64,000 bases of DNA, taken from positions 62,001-126,000 of the forward strand of contig JALMLS010000155.1 in NCBI GenBank assembly GCA_038496445.1. The letters are read 5' to 3'. The notes beneath the pieces are model-generated. The model had not been told where the DNA came from. It did not search any database and saw only the letters and a program-made list of their open reading frames with translations. The first letter of the stretch is position 1; each line of letters opens with the position of its first letter. Below are positions 1-12,932 of the stretch, piece after piece. This DNA is from Trichosphaerium sp. ATCC 40318. Taxonomy: Eukaryota; Protista; Tubulinea. Made by a program: the position numbers and the translations under genes.

Positions 1-487
1 GCTGTACAGCTTCAAATAAAAACCCATCTTTATTTTTTCAATTTCTTATTACAATTACTTTCTTAGATGATTTCTGTAAGAATCTTGAAAGTTGTCAATG
101 AATATGCCCATTACGCGTAAGATGTGTGCTCAAATGACAGGAAACTCGCACAATTTTAGGATTCATTGCCGGAAAGAGGAAACTTTTAAGTGGATACATG
201 ACTTGTTAATCTTGCACTAAGCGTGTACTTTGATTGCACCCCCAAAAGGAAATAAAACTTCTCACTACGTCGTATCTCTTGAGTATCTCCAGACACTTTA
301 CTGCTTGTTCGCTCAAAACATCAAACAAGCAAGAGAAGCCATTTTACGAAGAGAATTCTGAACATGACTTAAATACACGTTAAGACAAGCAAAGCCTTCC
401 ACCGTTTTATGCACTTCGTTTAATACCCATATCGAATACATAACTACATACGCAATGAAAAACAACAGTCGCATGACTTATAGGCCA

Positions 488-3346
488 ATGCAGCTCCATG
501 CTTCGCCCTATGCATCTAATTGGATGTTTATTGCCCCCAGTTTTCTTGTAGGCGCTTCTCTCGTTGCTGGCTCAGTTGTATGTTGTTTTTCGGTTGATAT
601 TTAATAAACTATGCCTAGTACATGTTTGCATCACCTCTTAGACGCTTCATGGCCAACCTTTCGTTCCATTACGCACCACAAGGCGCATTACATTCAGACG
701 ACTCCAAATGTGGTCAACATAATTTACCAGCACTAACGAGCCCTTTGATACCACGCACAGACTATTTATACAAACTTCATACAAAAACAAACAATCAGGA
801 TGAACTCACAATTTGTGCCATCGTGTCGCCTCCAGGTGCGTAGTAGAACATTCCACGACAACTATTGCGATTTTTTTATGTCAATAAAATGAGAAAAAGC
901 GACAAACTAATAAAACTTTAGGTTGTGGTAAAACGACATTGGCTGTAAAGTTTGCCTTGGATTTCTTAAACAGAAACAATGAGGCACTTGTACATATGAT
1001 AAGGCTTGATCATTTGAACGTAAAGAAAGATCTTCAAGTATTAGCGAATCGCTTAGGATGTACGTTTTGAGATTGAGTGAGTTTAGTGGTTTTTTTTATT
1101 TTTTTGATTTTTGACACGTGATTTAGATCCTGCTGATTCGAACACCTCTGTTGAATCTTGTTTAGAGTCTATAAATACAGCTCTTTCAAGAAGACGAGAA
1201 AGTTGGCTTATAATAATCAAAGACGCCTATGTCATAAGCGATATTCATCATATCATACGCGACAATTATCCTTTCGGTGTGTATCACACGTGATAAATCT
1301 GTTAAGTAGTTTTTTTTGACGCTTTTACTTGTAGGTACTATCCTGGCGCTTACAGACACTAAAAAATTTGATGCTCCTGATAGCCTAGTTTTGGAATCAA
1401 TGACGACAACTCAAGTTAACGAATTTATTAAATTATCAGGTAAGTGAACTAACAACACGGTTCAAGCAAATGCTCACTTTTTTTGCGAAAGGTGTTGACA
1501 TGGATTCAAGACTTCTGAGGGAGATGCTATTTATTTTTAAGGACAACATCTCTTTGCTCTCTTTCGCTTGTAGTATAGCAAAGAATTTTAAGGTTAAACC
1601 TGGAGAAGATAAGGGAGACGCTTTATACAACATGTATCAAAAGATAGCGACAGAACTTCTTGGAAAGTATAATTTAAAGTCAAACTGTAAAATAATATGC
1701 AAGTTTATTCTTCATATTACAATGTTCCGTGGACCTGATGCTATAGATGAAATAGCTATTGCTGATTCTTGGGAGAAACTATCACATCTAAGATACGTAC
1801 ATGGACCACCATCAGATTGCTTAAAACACTCTGAGAACGCTATAACGCATTATGAAAAACTTGGTTACAAGAAAGAAGAAATTTTAAGAAAATGTTACTG
1901 TAGGAAGGCTATGTCTCTTTTTAGGCTATCAAAGTACTCTGAAGCTATAAAAGTATTTGAAATAACTATACAAATGGCATTAGATGCTGGAGCAGATAAA
2001 TTTGAGATAGCACCGTACTATCACTTTGAAGCAGATTGTTTTATTCCTACACATGATTACGAAAGAGCTTCGAGAATTATGACAAAAGCATTAACAACAT
2101 TTGACGAGTGTGATAACAAAGATACCAGAGAATGGAAGGTAATAACATGTCCTTTGCTTCTTAGCTAAATTCGCTACAAAGCGAATACAACAAAGTCGTT
2201 GCAGTCGAAAAATCTCAAGCGCTTTCAAATTCTGTTACTTTTTTTTGTTTTTTTTGACTGTTCGCTGACTTTTTATGTAGTTGGCTAAAGGGTTGTGTCT
2301 TTATGATCTAGCATTACTATTAGATATGATAAACCAACATAACCCGGCATTGAAAGCGTACAATGTACGTCCTACCGCCTTTTAATTTTCCTATTTTTTT
2401 TTAGTAAGTTTATTTCTTTGTAGCAATCTCTTCAACTCAGATACACTGCATTAACGCCAAAACAACAAGCACATAGTTCAGAACTAGCGCTAAATTACAA
2501 TGGCATTGCTAAACTACTGATGAGAGGCCAACAGTACTCAAAAGCTCTGCCATACTTACAAAAGGCTCTTAACATCTCGAAGCATCCTAAAGTCACAATT
2601 TCTGTACCTGGAAATGTTGCCCTTATACAAAAGAATATCGGAGTTTGCTACTACTATTTACAAGATTTCCTTAAATCACAGAAAATGCTAGTACAAGCTA
2701 TCAAGACGTTTAAAAGTGATGGTATAGTAACAGGATATTATCCAAGTTGTTTATGGTTCTTATCAAGAACTTATCGCCTGTACGTATTTAATTTTGAGTT
2801 ATTACAGAGGTGACAATGTTTTGTCGTTCGAAATATTTGTCATGATACACGTGGGAACATGTTTTTTTGAAGTTTCTTTTTTTTCTTTTTTTTTTCTTGG
2901 TTACTGATGTTTTGGTTTTTGTAGTATGGGAGAGCTTGAGTCTTGTCGTGAAACAGCGTTGTTAGCTGAAAGAGAATTTTTAGAAATTATTACAAAAGAT
3001 GACGAAGCTCAGATGTTATTTAGTAAAGAATTTGTTGGTGTTCTGTATGGTACGTCTTTTCTCAGTCAAATCGCCGAGTGCCCTTCTTGCTTTTTGGTTC
3101 TAGTGCAAGTATCAGCTAATATCTTTTTCCTCTACAGAGCTAGCGCTTGTTTTTAATGACCTTGGAAACATTCAAAGGTCATTGGAGTACTTGAGTAAAG
3201 TAATACATCTTGCCAACAATATGAACTTGGAAAAACTTCTTGTACAAGCAAAGAGACTATTTGCAGAGCTTAACGAAGCTGTTGATGATATGGATAGATT
3301 TAGTATGTATGACGATGATGATATTGACCTAGATGGAGCTATTTAA
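488..3346 (+). CDS. STAND/NB-ARC-like P-loop NTPase with C-terminal TPR repeats (NLR-like), multi-exon
   Basis: Splicing across the intron near 836-921 gives Walker A AIVSPPG-CGKTTLA. This is followed by a degenerate Walker B (WLIIIKDA), GTILALT, and TPR-like helices (YSEAIKVFEITIQM, YSKALPYLQKALNI, NIGVCYYYLQDF). The first exon is hydrophobic. Stop TAA at 3344-3346. Confidence 0.75.
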
Positions 3347-3566
3347 GAAACGAAAAAAAGAAATAAAACAACTAAAAGGTTAAATAGTGACCGGGCTTAA
3401 CGCAAGGCTATGATGGCGTTTGAACATATTAGCCAAACATTCCCTTCTATTCCAAAAAAAAGTAACGTATTTCTCCAGAACTAGCACAAAAGGCATAAAC
3501 AAGTGCTGCGATTTAACAAAGGAACAATTGTTTATTTCAATACGACAGAGTATTTTTTAACAATAA

Positions 3567-4366
3567 TTAATCTGACTTATCGGTCTCTTTGGCTTCTGCC
3601 TTTGCTTGTGCGGCAGTCTCCTCAAGGGACTTTGTGGCTTTTGTAGCAGCGCTGGTAACAGCTGCGAGTACTTCAGGACCCTATTGCACTGAGTTAGACA
3701 CCTGAACGTCTAAAAACAATCGAGAAAAAAAAAGCGTCAAAAAAATCGAGAAAGCCCGAATAAAAGTTTTAGGCGGGTATGACCCCAAATGGTCCCTTAA
3801 CGTTGTTGCATGAAACGTACCTTCTCCATGGCCATTCTCATACCGTCTTTGGCGAGTTTACCAAGACCTTCAGCTGCAGCAGCTTTACCTTGAACGATCA
3901 TCTTGTCAATGTCCTACAGCGCGTTACAAAACGAGAATTCTTTCAGGCTCGGTTTTTAGCTTTCGAGACGTACGCCTTCTTTTGATGCGAAGTACGGACG
4001 GATGTACGAGTTGTACAATGAAGCAGCGAGGTTCAATTGAGGTAGTTGCAACGCAATTAAAAACGCCAACTTCAACTCATAGTAGAAAGGTATCCAGAAC
4101 ACTAACCTATCTGTAAACGCCTGCAAGGAGTTTTAGTATTTTTTTGTTTTGCGGAGATTGTGTACGCGCCTCTACAACAGTGAACACAGCGTAAACAACC
4201 CAAAAGGTTAACCATTGTTTATCATCTTCAGGCTCAGGGGACTCGAGAGCTTTGAATGACGAGTAAACTGGGAACAAAGTACCAGCGAAGTTGCTATTGC
4301 AAGTAAGTATTGCAGATTTTGTGCACGAAGGTCGTACCAAAGGAATGAGGAAATGTAGCCACCCAT
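3567..4366 (-). CDS. HVA22/TB2-DP1 (REEP/Yop1) family ER-shaping protein
   Basis: Spliced product MGGYISSFLCNFAGTLFPVYSSFKALESPEPEDDKQWLTFWVVYAVFTVVEAFTDRLVFWIPFYYELKLAF matches the family motifs. Includes a GC-AG intron at 4121-4169. Confidence 0.9.
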
Positions 4367-4767
4367 TAGAAGAGAATAAAACTATCGACCAACAGAAAAA
4401 ACTGGACTGGTTTACCGAGGTATTTTGCTACAACGGTTAGTGCTACCGGATGAGTCTGCAAATTGGAAGGAGAAGTTTAGAGGATGACTAAAAGCCGAAA
4501 TAAGAGCAAAGTGCCAGCAAGTGTCAAACTAATTTCTTACGCGTATGTTCTGTGTACTGAAGGCGCTCATGTACAGAGGAGAACTAGTACCCATTTGCTA
4601 ATTCGTCAGACAATGGTACACCAACGAGATACCAGTACCAGTTCTTGCGCTGTATGGTCATACCTTCAACGCAGAATTATACCACGCCTGCTCGAAATGG
4701 TCACAATTGGTCTGATGTGAGAGTTCATTGAACATTTCTGTCACGACGCTAACACGTACTGGGTGTC

Positions 4768-5931
4768 ATGCGCTCTTCATTGCCTACGTTTAAGCTTATT
4801 CTACTTGGAGAAGGTGTTTAGGCTCCCCTTTAACAAGTATTCACCTATTGCGTAGGTGAAGTTGGTAAAACGTCCTTGTTCCTTCGTTGGACTAGCGGTA
4901 CATTCAATAGTAATCATAACACCACAAAGAAGGTACGGTTGTTGCGCAACGCCATAAAACAAAGACTACCACAAGCGTAGGCGTATTGTAAGAACAAGAA
5001 GATAAATTTTCCTACTGGCGAACGATGCGAGTTATCGATTTGGGTACGTTATACTACTTATATCGTGTAATGCCATAAAGGCGTTTACCGCTTTGTAAAA
5101 TTGTCCCGTTTTGTTTTATTTAACCTTAACTGTTTTCCTACATAGGATACCGCTGGACAGGAGAAATACCACTCATTGATGCCAACATATTACAGAAGCG
5201 CTGCCGGTATTTGACTTTTTTTTTTTATTTGAAACGATTTTACAGTTTCAAGCGCTTGTCATTGTCATTTACGCTTGTATCTAACTTATATTAGCTGCAA
5301 TGCTCATGTATGATATAACGTCACGTACATCATTTGATCGCGTTCAAAGCTGGGTAGCAGAGTTGCGTAGAGTAGTAGGTGATGACACTAAAATAACGCT
5401 TGTGATTTTGGGTAATAAAATGGACTTGGAGCGTTCGCGTAAAGTAGATAAGAAAGACGCAGAAGCGTACGTGCCAGCCTTTACAAAAAAAAGATATTTT
5501 ACAATTTTTTGACTGATAGTTCCTTTTTTTGATTTCTGTCCGACAAGATTCTTTGTTTCTCATGTCCTTACGTTATGTATATCTAACACTTGCGTTTCTA
5601 GGTATGCAGCGAAAGTTGGTGCAGACCATTTTGAGATTTCGTGCAAGCATGAAAAAAATCTTAATCCTCCTCTAGTGTCAGTAGTACGTGGTACGTTGGC
5701 GTATTAAATATAAGACATTACTCGCTTACATGTTGTGAAGCTTTGTTGAAGAAAGATGGAGGAAACTCAACAAATGGTGGTAGCACTGTATCAGGCGGCA
5801 ATTCTAGGCCAGGTATCAAGCGAGTAGAGAGTCAAGTAAAGGTTTATGGAAGAGGAAATGAGCCACAAAGAAGAGGAAATAAGCCACCTAACCGTGATGA
5901 TCTTTATGCTGATGAGGGTTGTAAATGTTAG
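4768..5931 (+). CDS. Rab small GTPase, Rab21-like
   Basis: FKLILLGEGEVGKTSL, IWDTAGQEKYHSL, GNKMDLE, and C-terminal CKC prenylation motif. All introns are GT-AG. Confidence 0.9.
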
Positions 5932-6309
5932 AGAAGGAGAAGGAAAGAAAAGATAAGAAAAAGGAAAAAAAAAAAGAAGAGAAAAAAGTTTCAATTTGAA
6001 ACCACAAGCCTTGTTGCAACAATTTTAAAATGCTTTATGTACATAAACCCCTTTTTTAAAAAACACAAGTATTCCTTTGCTATTAAGTCTTTATTTCACA
6101 TTCATACAGATATTTCATGACTCACGTGATATTTTATTTATTAACGAACTATTTGAAAAGTTTTTTTGGTTTTGTGACTACAACATTGGTGTTTTACTAC
6201 CCTACGTAATGTCAAACGTTATACATAACGTGCAGTTGATGTAACTGCGCAACTCCGTATCTTATTGAGATTTTTTTCTTCTTTTGATGATCATGGGAGA
6301 TTTATTGTC

Positions 6310-7752
6310 ATGAGTTCTCATCCTAACATGACATGTTTGAAGTTCCAAAATCGGCTTGGACGTTCATACATTACCGTTGCTTTTTAGACCAATATAATTT
6401 TTAATGTTTGTTGCGTCATATCAATAACGTCAACAGTCATTTTTAGGTATGTTGAGCAAACCTCGTCAATTCTAACTTTATCCTAATTCCCACAGTGGTG
6501 CTACTTTGCTTTCTGATGTTATAATAGGATATATCCTTACATATCACGTTGAAGAATTCAGTAGCACCAACTTTAGTTATTGAGGAAGTGCCGCATTACC
6601 AAATCTTGTTTGAGAAGTGCGTTGAAATTCACTTCAAGGTCATAATTTTTCTAAAGCTCACACAATGAAACCAGCTCTAGCGCGAACTACGAAAGCCGAC
6701 GGTGTTAATAATACACTTCATAAACATGATAGAAGCCGTTCATTAGCTAATCTATACGGGGGATTGGACCAGAGGCCTAAAAAACAAACATCAACAAAAC
6801 GGGGTGGTGTACCACTTCGTTGTCAATATGGATGTACGTGACACCCTCTCCATGCCTTCTAGTTGTCTTTCTTTTACCGTACTACAAAACTTCATTCAAA
6901 ACCTGCTTGACGTTGTGGAGTACTAAAATCTCGTACAGCTTTACCACCACCAAAAAGAACACAGTCTACAGCACGTGCTCGTAGACTAGCGACGAATAGT
7001 TCAGATTTTGATGAAATATGTTCTTTTCAAGATACCTACAAACTATCAAAGAGTTATAGTGTTTCAAGGCAACATAAACGTTCTGCATCACTCGAGATGT
7101 CAAATCATAGACTGAGAACAAAAAGCGCACCTATGGTTCTATCTGCTGACCCAATAAAGCCAGATGATACAGAAACAATGGGACCAAAGTATGGTTCGTT
7201 GGATAGGTCCTCAGAAAAGTACGTGAACGCCATACGGAACTTCTCCGCTTTGATTTAAAACGACTCATAAAGGCGTGTATTTGATATATGGTACATATAT
7301 CTTAAAACCACCCTTTTGAAGTAAAATAATTCACGTTAAAACAAAACTGCGATTTGTGTAAAAAAAAACTTGATCCACACAAACTCTAACATTTCTTTCT
7401 TTTTAGAGGTGCTGGTGGTTCACTTAGAAGGAAACAAGCGCCTAGGAAGCGATCATTATTTAATTCTATGAGCAGGTACGAAAAGAATGCAAAAAAAAAA
7501 GAAAAAAAAAGACACATAAAAAACAAACAGCGATCACGTGTTTTTTTTTTTGCATGAAAAAAAGAGATTGGTTTATCGGTTTTTTATTGTTTTATCACCG
7601 ATACGCCGTTCTGTGATTTTCAAAAAAAAAAAAAAAAGACACAAAAAACTAATCGCAGTTTTTAAAGGTTTTCTGGTCGTAACATGGGTATGAGAAGATT
7701 TAAAAAAGCGCTATCTTCGCGGCCTAAAGCTTTGGCAACTACAGATATATAA
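6310..7752 (+). CDS. Uncharacterised basic, probably disordered protein (5' end uncertain)
   Basis: Four exons from about 6640 to 7752 splice in frame through GT-AG introns. Several RxxS-type motifs (DRSRSL, KRSASLE, RTKSAP). I could not resolve the upstream exons. Confidence 0.5.
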
Positions 7753-8154
7753 ACAAAGCGCGTATTGGCTCCACTACAGCGGACCCAAAACCAAAAAAAA
7801 AAGAACCCAATTTGTACAAAAAAAACCTTTAAAACCTTGATGTAAATAACAAATACGTACGTGATCATATACGTGCAAAAAAGAAAGAAAAGAAAACCTT
7901 ATTGCGATAATATTATTAAAAAACAAAATTCTTTAATCAAACAAGTCTTGTTGGTGGTGTATGGCGTGGAGAGTACTTTTTTTATTTTTTTTTGAACGTT
8001 TTTTCAAAAAATGTTTCTTGTTTTCTTGAATTCTTCTTTTTACAGCTCACCTCCAGCGAAATATTCGCTTATAAAAACAGTATTTTCAAGGGTGGGAAAA
8101 AAAAAACTGTAGAGAATTTGAACTGCATTTCATTTCTGTTTTTTTTGTCTTTGT

Positions 8155-10610
8155 TTATCCTTTTATTACAATAATTGGTCGTAATTTTACTGCCTTTTTT
8201 GAAATATCAGCAGCATGACAACTATCTACAACACAATCTACATCTTTATAAGCTTCAGGAGCCTCTTCCATTACAAGTTTTGGAGACGCTACTCTAATTG
8301 ATATGCCTAGATTCAATAAGTTTGTTTCGATTTTTATTTTTATTTGGAAATAATTTGTTAACCCAAACAACGGAGTTAAAAACGCTTTAATACCTTTCTT
8401 TTTGAGGTGTTTCATCACCTTACCATGACTCAATACTTTCCGTGTTTTATTACGTGACATAGCGCGACCAGCACCATGACAAGTTGATCCAAAAGTCTCT
8501 GTCATGCCTTACGCTAGACTTTAGGAAATGATGTCATACTCTTTTTTTTGTGTACCATTCTTTGTTCCAGTAAGAACATAGCTAGATGTACCCATCGTTC
8601 CTCCTATAAGAACAGGTTGTCCTGTTGTTTTATAATCATGTGGAATCATTGGGTGTTGAGGTGGGAAAGCGCGTGTTGAACCTTAAAGAAAATACAATAT
8701 TAGAAAAACCAGGAAATCGTCGTAAAAGAAGCGTAGTCGTTCTCGTACCCTTCCTGTGTACTAGAAGGTTCATTTTTTTACCATCAACGATATGCTCTTC
8801 TATTTTGGCAATGTTATGGCTTACATCATAAACCACGTGCATATCTAGGTCATCTGCTGTTTTTCCAAACTGTTTCGCGAAAGCTTTTCTTGTGAGATGG
8901 GTCATGGCTTGGCGATTGACCTGAAACACTCTTAGTGGTACTCTTATAACCAAAATACGTACCCAAGCATAGTTAGCTGCAGCTGCCATAGCTTTAAGGT
9001 AATCTTGACCTTCTTCGCTCTGAATACGCGCACAAGCAAGCTAAAACATTTTAGAAATTGTACCATTATTTACGTTCAACTTGTTACGTTGAACAACGTG
9101 TTGGTGCACGTGCGACTTTTATTTTTATTTTTTTCAATCTAAATTACCTGTCTGTCGTTGAGTTGTATTTTATCTCTTCGCATACATCTCTCCATCACTC
9201 TAACGGCGTCAGAAGCAACCTAGAGTGGTATTAATAAAACAAAGAGATATCACAATAAAATAAAAAAAAACTGCCGAAAATCTCCAAGTGCAGTACTTGA
9301 TGACCCAATCCGCGACTCCCACTATGAATAAAAATAACAACTTGACCCTATAAATAATATTAACAACTAAAACTATCTTTAAGTCCATTACCAGGCGATT
9401 GATGCCCATTTTCTTTGCTGCATCAACGTCATAAATCTCATCTACGACCTGAACCTCCGCGTAATGATTACCGGCACCTAAAGTGCCTAACTGAGGCAAT
9501 CCGCGCTTCTTTGCGCGATCAGACACTTTTGATAGACAGTGAGATTGACATAGAGATAATTTTTGTTTGAAACGAGATTTTTTGACACAAAATCAAAAAT
9601 AAACATAAGTAGGGAAGTACCTTTTGAGGCATCAGCTATTTTCATTCTACCATGTTCTTCACAATGTTCTTTGTCTTCAGCCCAACCATATCCTTTTTTT
9701 ATACACCAATCTATGCCGAGGTCAAGAACGTCTTCTATATCCTAGTAGAACTCTGTTAAAAAAAAGTACTGCACATTGTCTATGACAGGAAAAAAATTCG
9801 TACTTGTGGTGTTGTTGGGATTATACCCTTTGCACCAACGCCTGAAGGTATATGATCAAATAAAGACTGTGCAAGGGCATCTTTGTGTTGTAGTACATCT
9901 TTCTCCATAAGGTTGGTTCTACACATTACGCCGTTTTAACTTTTTTTTTTCCTTTTTTTTGAAGATAGGTACCTTATAAGACGCACTCCACAGTTGATGT
10001 CAAATCCTACTCCTCCAGGTGATACAACAGCTTCAGGGTTATCCATATCGAATGCTGCTACATTACCGATAGCGAAACCATAGCTGTTGTTGAACAAAAA
10101 ATGAGAAAAAATTTTTGTAGTTCTGTGAATTGTGAATGGTTTTATCGTACCCAGCGTGAATATCAGGCATACCCATTGAGTGGCCTACTATTCCAGGTAG
10201 ACTAGCGACGTTTGCAAGTTGTTTAACCTAAATAGTTTATTGTAAGCGTTAACCAGTCAATAAATGTTGTTTTTGGCGTCTTTACGCTATGAGAACTAAT
10301 AATAAAGCGTAGAGAATAGTTTATAATGACTGGTATTAATGTGGCTCTATTCTTCGGTATAACGTACGGCTGGAACGAAACTGCCAACTTTTCTATCATA
10401 AGAAGCTTCTAGCTCATCAAATAATAACGATTTCAGCTCTTCATTAACATAAAACCGAGCTTCCACCTTGTAACGATTAACGACTCAATTTAAATGCGCA
10501 GGGAGACATACGTTCATGTTTGGCACGAACCCTTTCTTTATTCTGTAACGAACGCCATCAATTTGTTCAATAAATGATAATTCTTCTTCTAAGGTGCGTT
10601 TAGCAGCCAT
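8155..10610 (-). CDS. RTCB: RNA 2',3'-cyclic phosphate/5'-OH ligase RtcB (tRNA-splicing ligase), 13 introns
   Basis: Complete spliced model with [85 protein letters not shown] and LRPIIVIKG. Confidence 0.97.
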
Positions 10611-10813
10611 TTTGTGATGGTGCTTTTGAAAATATGAGAATCATAAACTGCTGCAGTTCACTGAAGCTTCTCTTCTGTATTTCTCACTATGTCTCCGAAG
10701 AGAATAATGTGTTCCTCAACTAGTGAGATAATTACTCTCACTGAACAAACAACTGACTCTTCGTATGGGTGGCCTTGATGCAAACAAACTAAGGTTTTTT
10801 GAAGGGAATTAAA

Positions 10814-11154
10814 ATGTGGAAAACAATATTCGCCATATCAACTCTGTACACAGCTTTTGCTTCCGCTGAACTAGTCTACAAACAACATGTGAGCATATCG
10901 ACACTAATTCTTTGCAGGTTAACAGCAGTTGTAGACCCAGACTTTGAACTTGGATTCTACTTTTAATCATCTTGGCTAGTACTAATCCTCACGGCAGCGG
11001 GTTGCAGAGTTCTGTTTTGTGACATTCAAGGTAAAGATGTATTCGCGGAACCAGTGCCTTTGTTAGGACGTTTGTAGCATTATTTCCGCTCTTTGCTTGC
11101 ATCGTGGCACTTTGTTTCCTTGCCATCGTAGTGGTCTGTGAGGAGCCTGGCTAG
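10814..11154 (+). CDS. Putative small (about 72 aa) signal-peptide plus transmembrane protein, two introns
   Basis: With introns 10889-10934 and 10979-11054 the product is MWKTIFAISTLYTAFASAELVYKQH-TQTLNLDSTFNHLG-YAFVRTFVALFPLFACIVALCFLAIVVVCEEPG. No recognisable homologue. A structured-RNA reading is also possible. Confidence 0.4.
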
Positions 11155-11593
11155 GAATTTTCCAAAGCGCAGGGACATGTGCATGTGATCAGGGCAGAGT
11201 TGTGTTTATGACATCCAGTGCCATAAAGTTTAAGTCACTTTGACCTTGCGTTGACGGTATTACTTGTGTTTAGTTATTACAAACGCACTACATACAGTGG
11301 TAATAACTGTTGTCGTTTGATTATCCTCGCACGTGGAGTAAACATTTAAACCCAGCTTTCTCGCTCACTCATTTAGCAGGTATAAACTAATGCTTTAGAA
11401 CACAAACAAAATGGTTCCTTTTTGTTTATCGTTGCTTTTTTTTAACGCGGAAGGTTGAACTTCATGTTTCGTGTAAAACACAAAGCTGTTTAGTTAAAAG
11501 GAGAACGCCTGTATGAAACGTCACTTTTTCTATTGTAAAATATTCTTTCTAATTAACACGTGGTAGCTTTGGTAAAGACAACCAAAAGGTAAT

Positions 11594-12298
11594 ATGAGTA
11601 AAAAAGTAAAAAAGGAGAACAAGTGTTCTGTGACTTTACTTGATATTCCACGTGAACTTCAAGTGTACATCTGCACTTTCAATGCTGAAGCATTTACAAA
11701 ATTCCATACACTTTCAAAAAGAGCAGCGATCAATACACATTTTGATGAAGGATTAAAACCAAAAGGGAAATGGATAAGATGGTATAAAAGTGGAAAAGTA
11801 CAGTCTCACAAATATCAGAATGGACTAAGCGAAGGTTGGTTTGAGAATGGAAAGCTTTATGTACAATCTATGATGGCTAATTTTACACTTCATGGTGAGA
11901 GTAAACAGTGGTATGAAAGCGGACAACTGAAGATACAAAGTATGTGGGTTGATGGAGCAATGAATGGTCAAGAAACAGAGTGGTATGAAAGTGGAGAACT
12001 TAAGGAACAATGTATGTGGGTGAAAGGCAAACAACACGGAGTACATAATGAATGGTACAAAAGCGGACAACTGAAAGGACAATATGTGTTTGTTGATGGT
12101 AAACAACACGGTGAAACTAAAAAGTGGTACAAAAATGGACAACTTCAAATACAATGTATGTTTGTTGATGGCAAGAAACATGGTGAACTCAAAGAGTGGT
12201 ATGACAATGGACAACTTAAGTTACAAAGTACATGGACAGATGGTAGTCACCGTGGCAAAGCCAAAAAGTGGCATAAAGATGGACAACGTAAATTTTAA
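11594..12298 (+). CDS. Intronless F-box-like plus MORN2/YwqK-type repeat protein
   Basis: N-terminal LLDIPRELQVYICTF followed by about seven repeats of roughly 24 aa with consensus WYxxGQLKxQxxxVDGKxHGExKE. Confidence 0.85.
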   Translation: MSKKVKKENKCSVTLLDIPRELQVYICTFNAEAFTKFHTLSKRAAINTHFDEGLKPKGKWIRWYKSGKVQSHKYQNGLSEGWFENGKLYVQSMMANFTLHGESKQWYESGQLKIQSMWVDGAMNGQETEWYESGELKEQCMWVKGKQHGVHNEWYKSGQLKGQYVFVDGKQHGETKKWYKNGQLQIQCMFVDGKKHGELKEWYDNGQLKLQSTWTDGSHRGKAKKWHKDGQRKF

Positions 12299-12932
12299 AA
12301 TGCAATGAAGATGTTGCAGTATGATATTTCTTTTGAACGTTTTACAATAAATCTATTTTATAACAATGGCCAACAAAGTAAGTAATACTTCTCTTGCTGT
12401 ACCCATTAGGTTAGTAGGTTTGGCTATAGTGTTTTCCATTCTTCTTGGGTTTTGATGGCTTTAGTATTCTTTCCTCTAAGTACTGCTAATTGACCAGGTA
12501 TTGTCAACGTAGGTACACTATAGGTTTACTTTTAATGAGTTGAATGCCATTGAATTGTACCATAAATAATGTGGTTTGCCAACTACTAAAGCAACCAGAA
12601 TGAACGCTAAGTAATTATTATGATGTTATTGATATTGGCTGGGACAATATAGATGACTGTGGTGACGATTAATGAAGATAAAGTGTAAGTTTGTACTTGA
12701 GGTTTCAAGACCTAGTGGTCTCTAAATAACAAAAAAGAACAAGCAAACTCTTTGCAAGTTTTGTGGTTTGCTTGATCAAACTTCAGAATTAGATGCAGTT
12801 CATTATAATTGTTAAATAAAGAATCACAAGTTTGTAATACGAGTTTTATTGTTTTATTTGAAATTGTATTTGATTAATCAGTTGTGACTTTTTCGAAAAA
12901 GTTTAGTTCAGAATGACCTTTCAGACTCTTCT

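Noticed and set aside
8155-10610. RtcB as part of a bacterial-style RNA-repair operon or linked to non-canonical introns
   Set aside because: It is a standard eukaryotic RTCB, all 13 introns are GT-AG, and no Ro60, RtcA or archease neighbour is visible.
11860-12290. Roughly 72-bp periodic repeats resembling a CRISPR array
   Set aside because: They are degenerate in-frame protein repeats with no constant repeat and unique spacer pattern.
11825-12308. Overlapping alternative-frame and antisense ORFs on the MORN gene, and similar shadows over GH2, the expansin stalk and other genes
   Set aside because: They are by-products of repetitive or biased coding sequence on the real frame.
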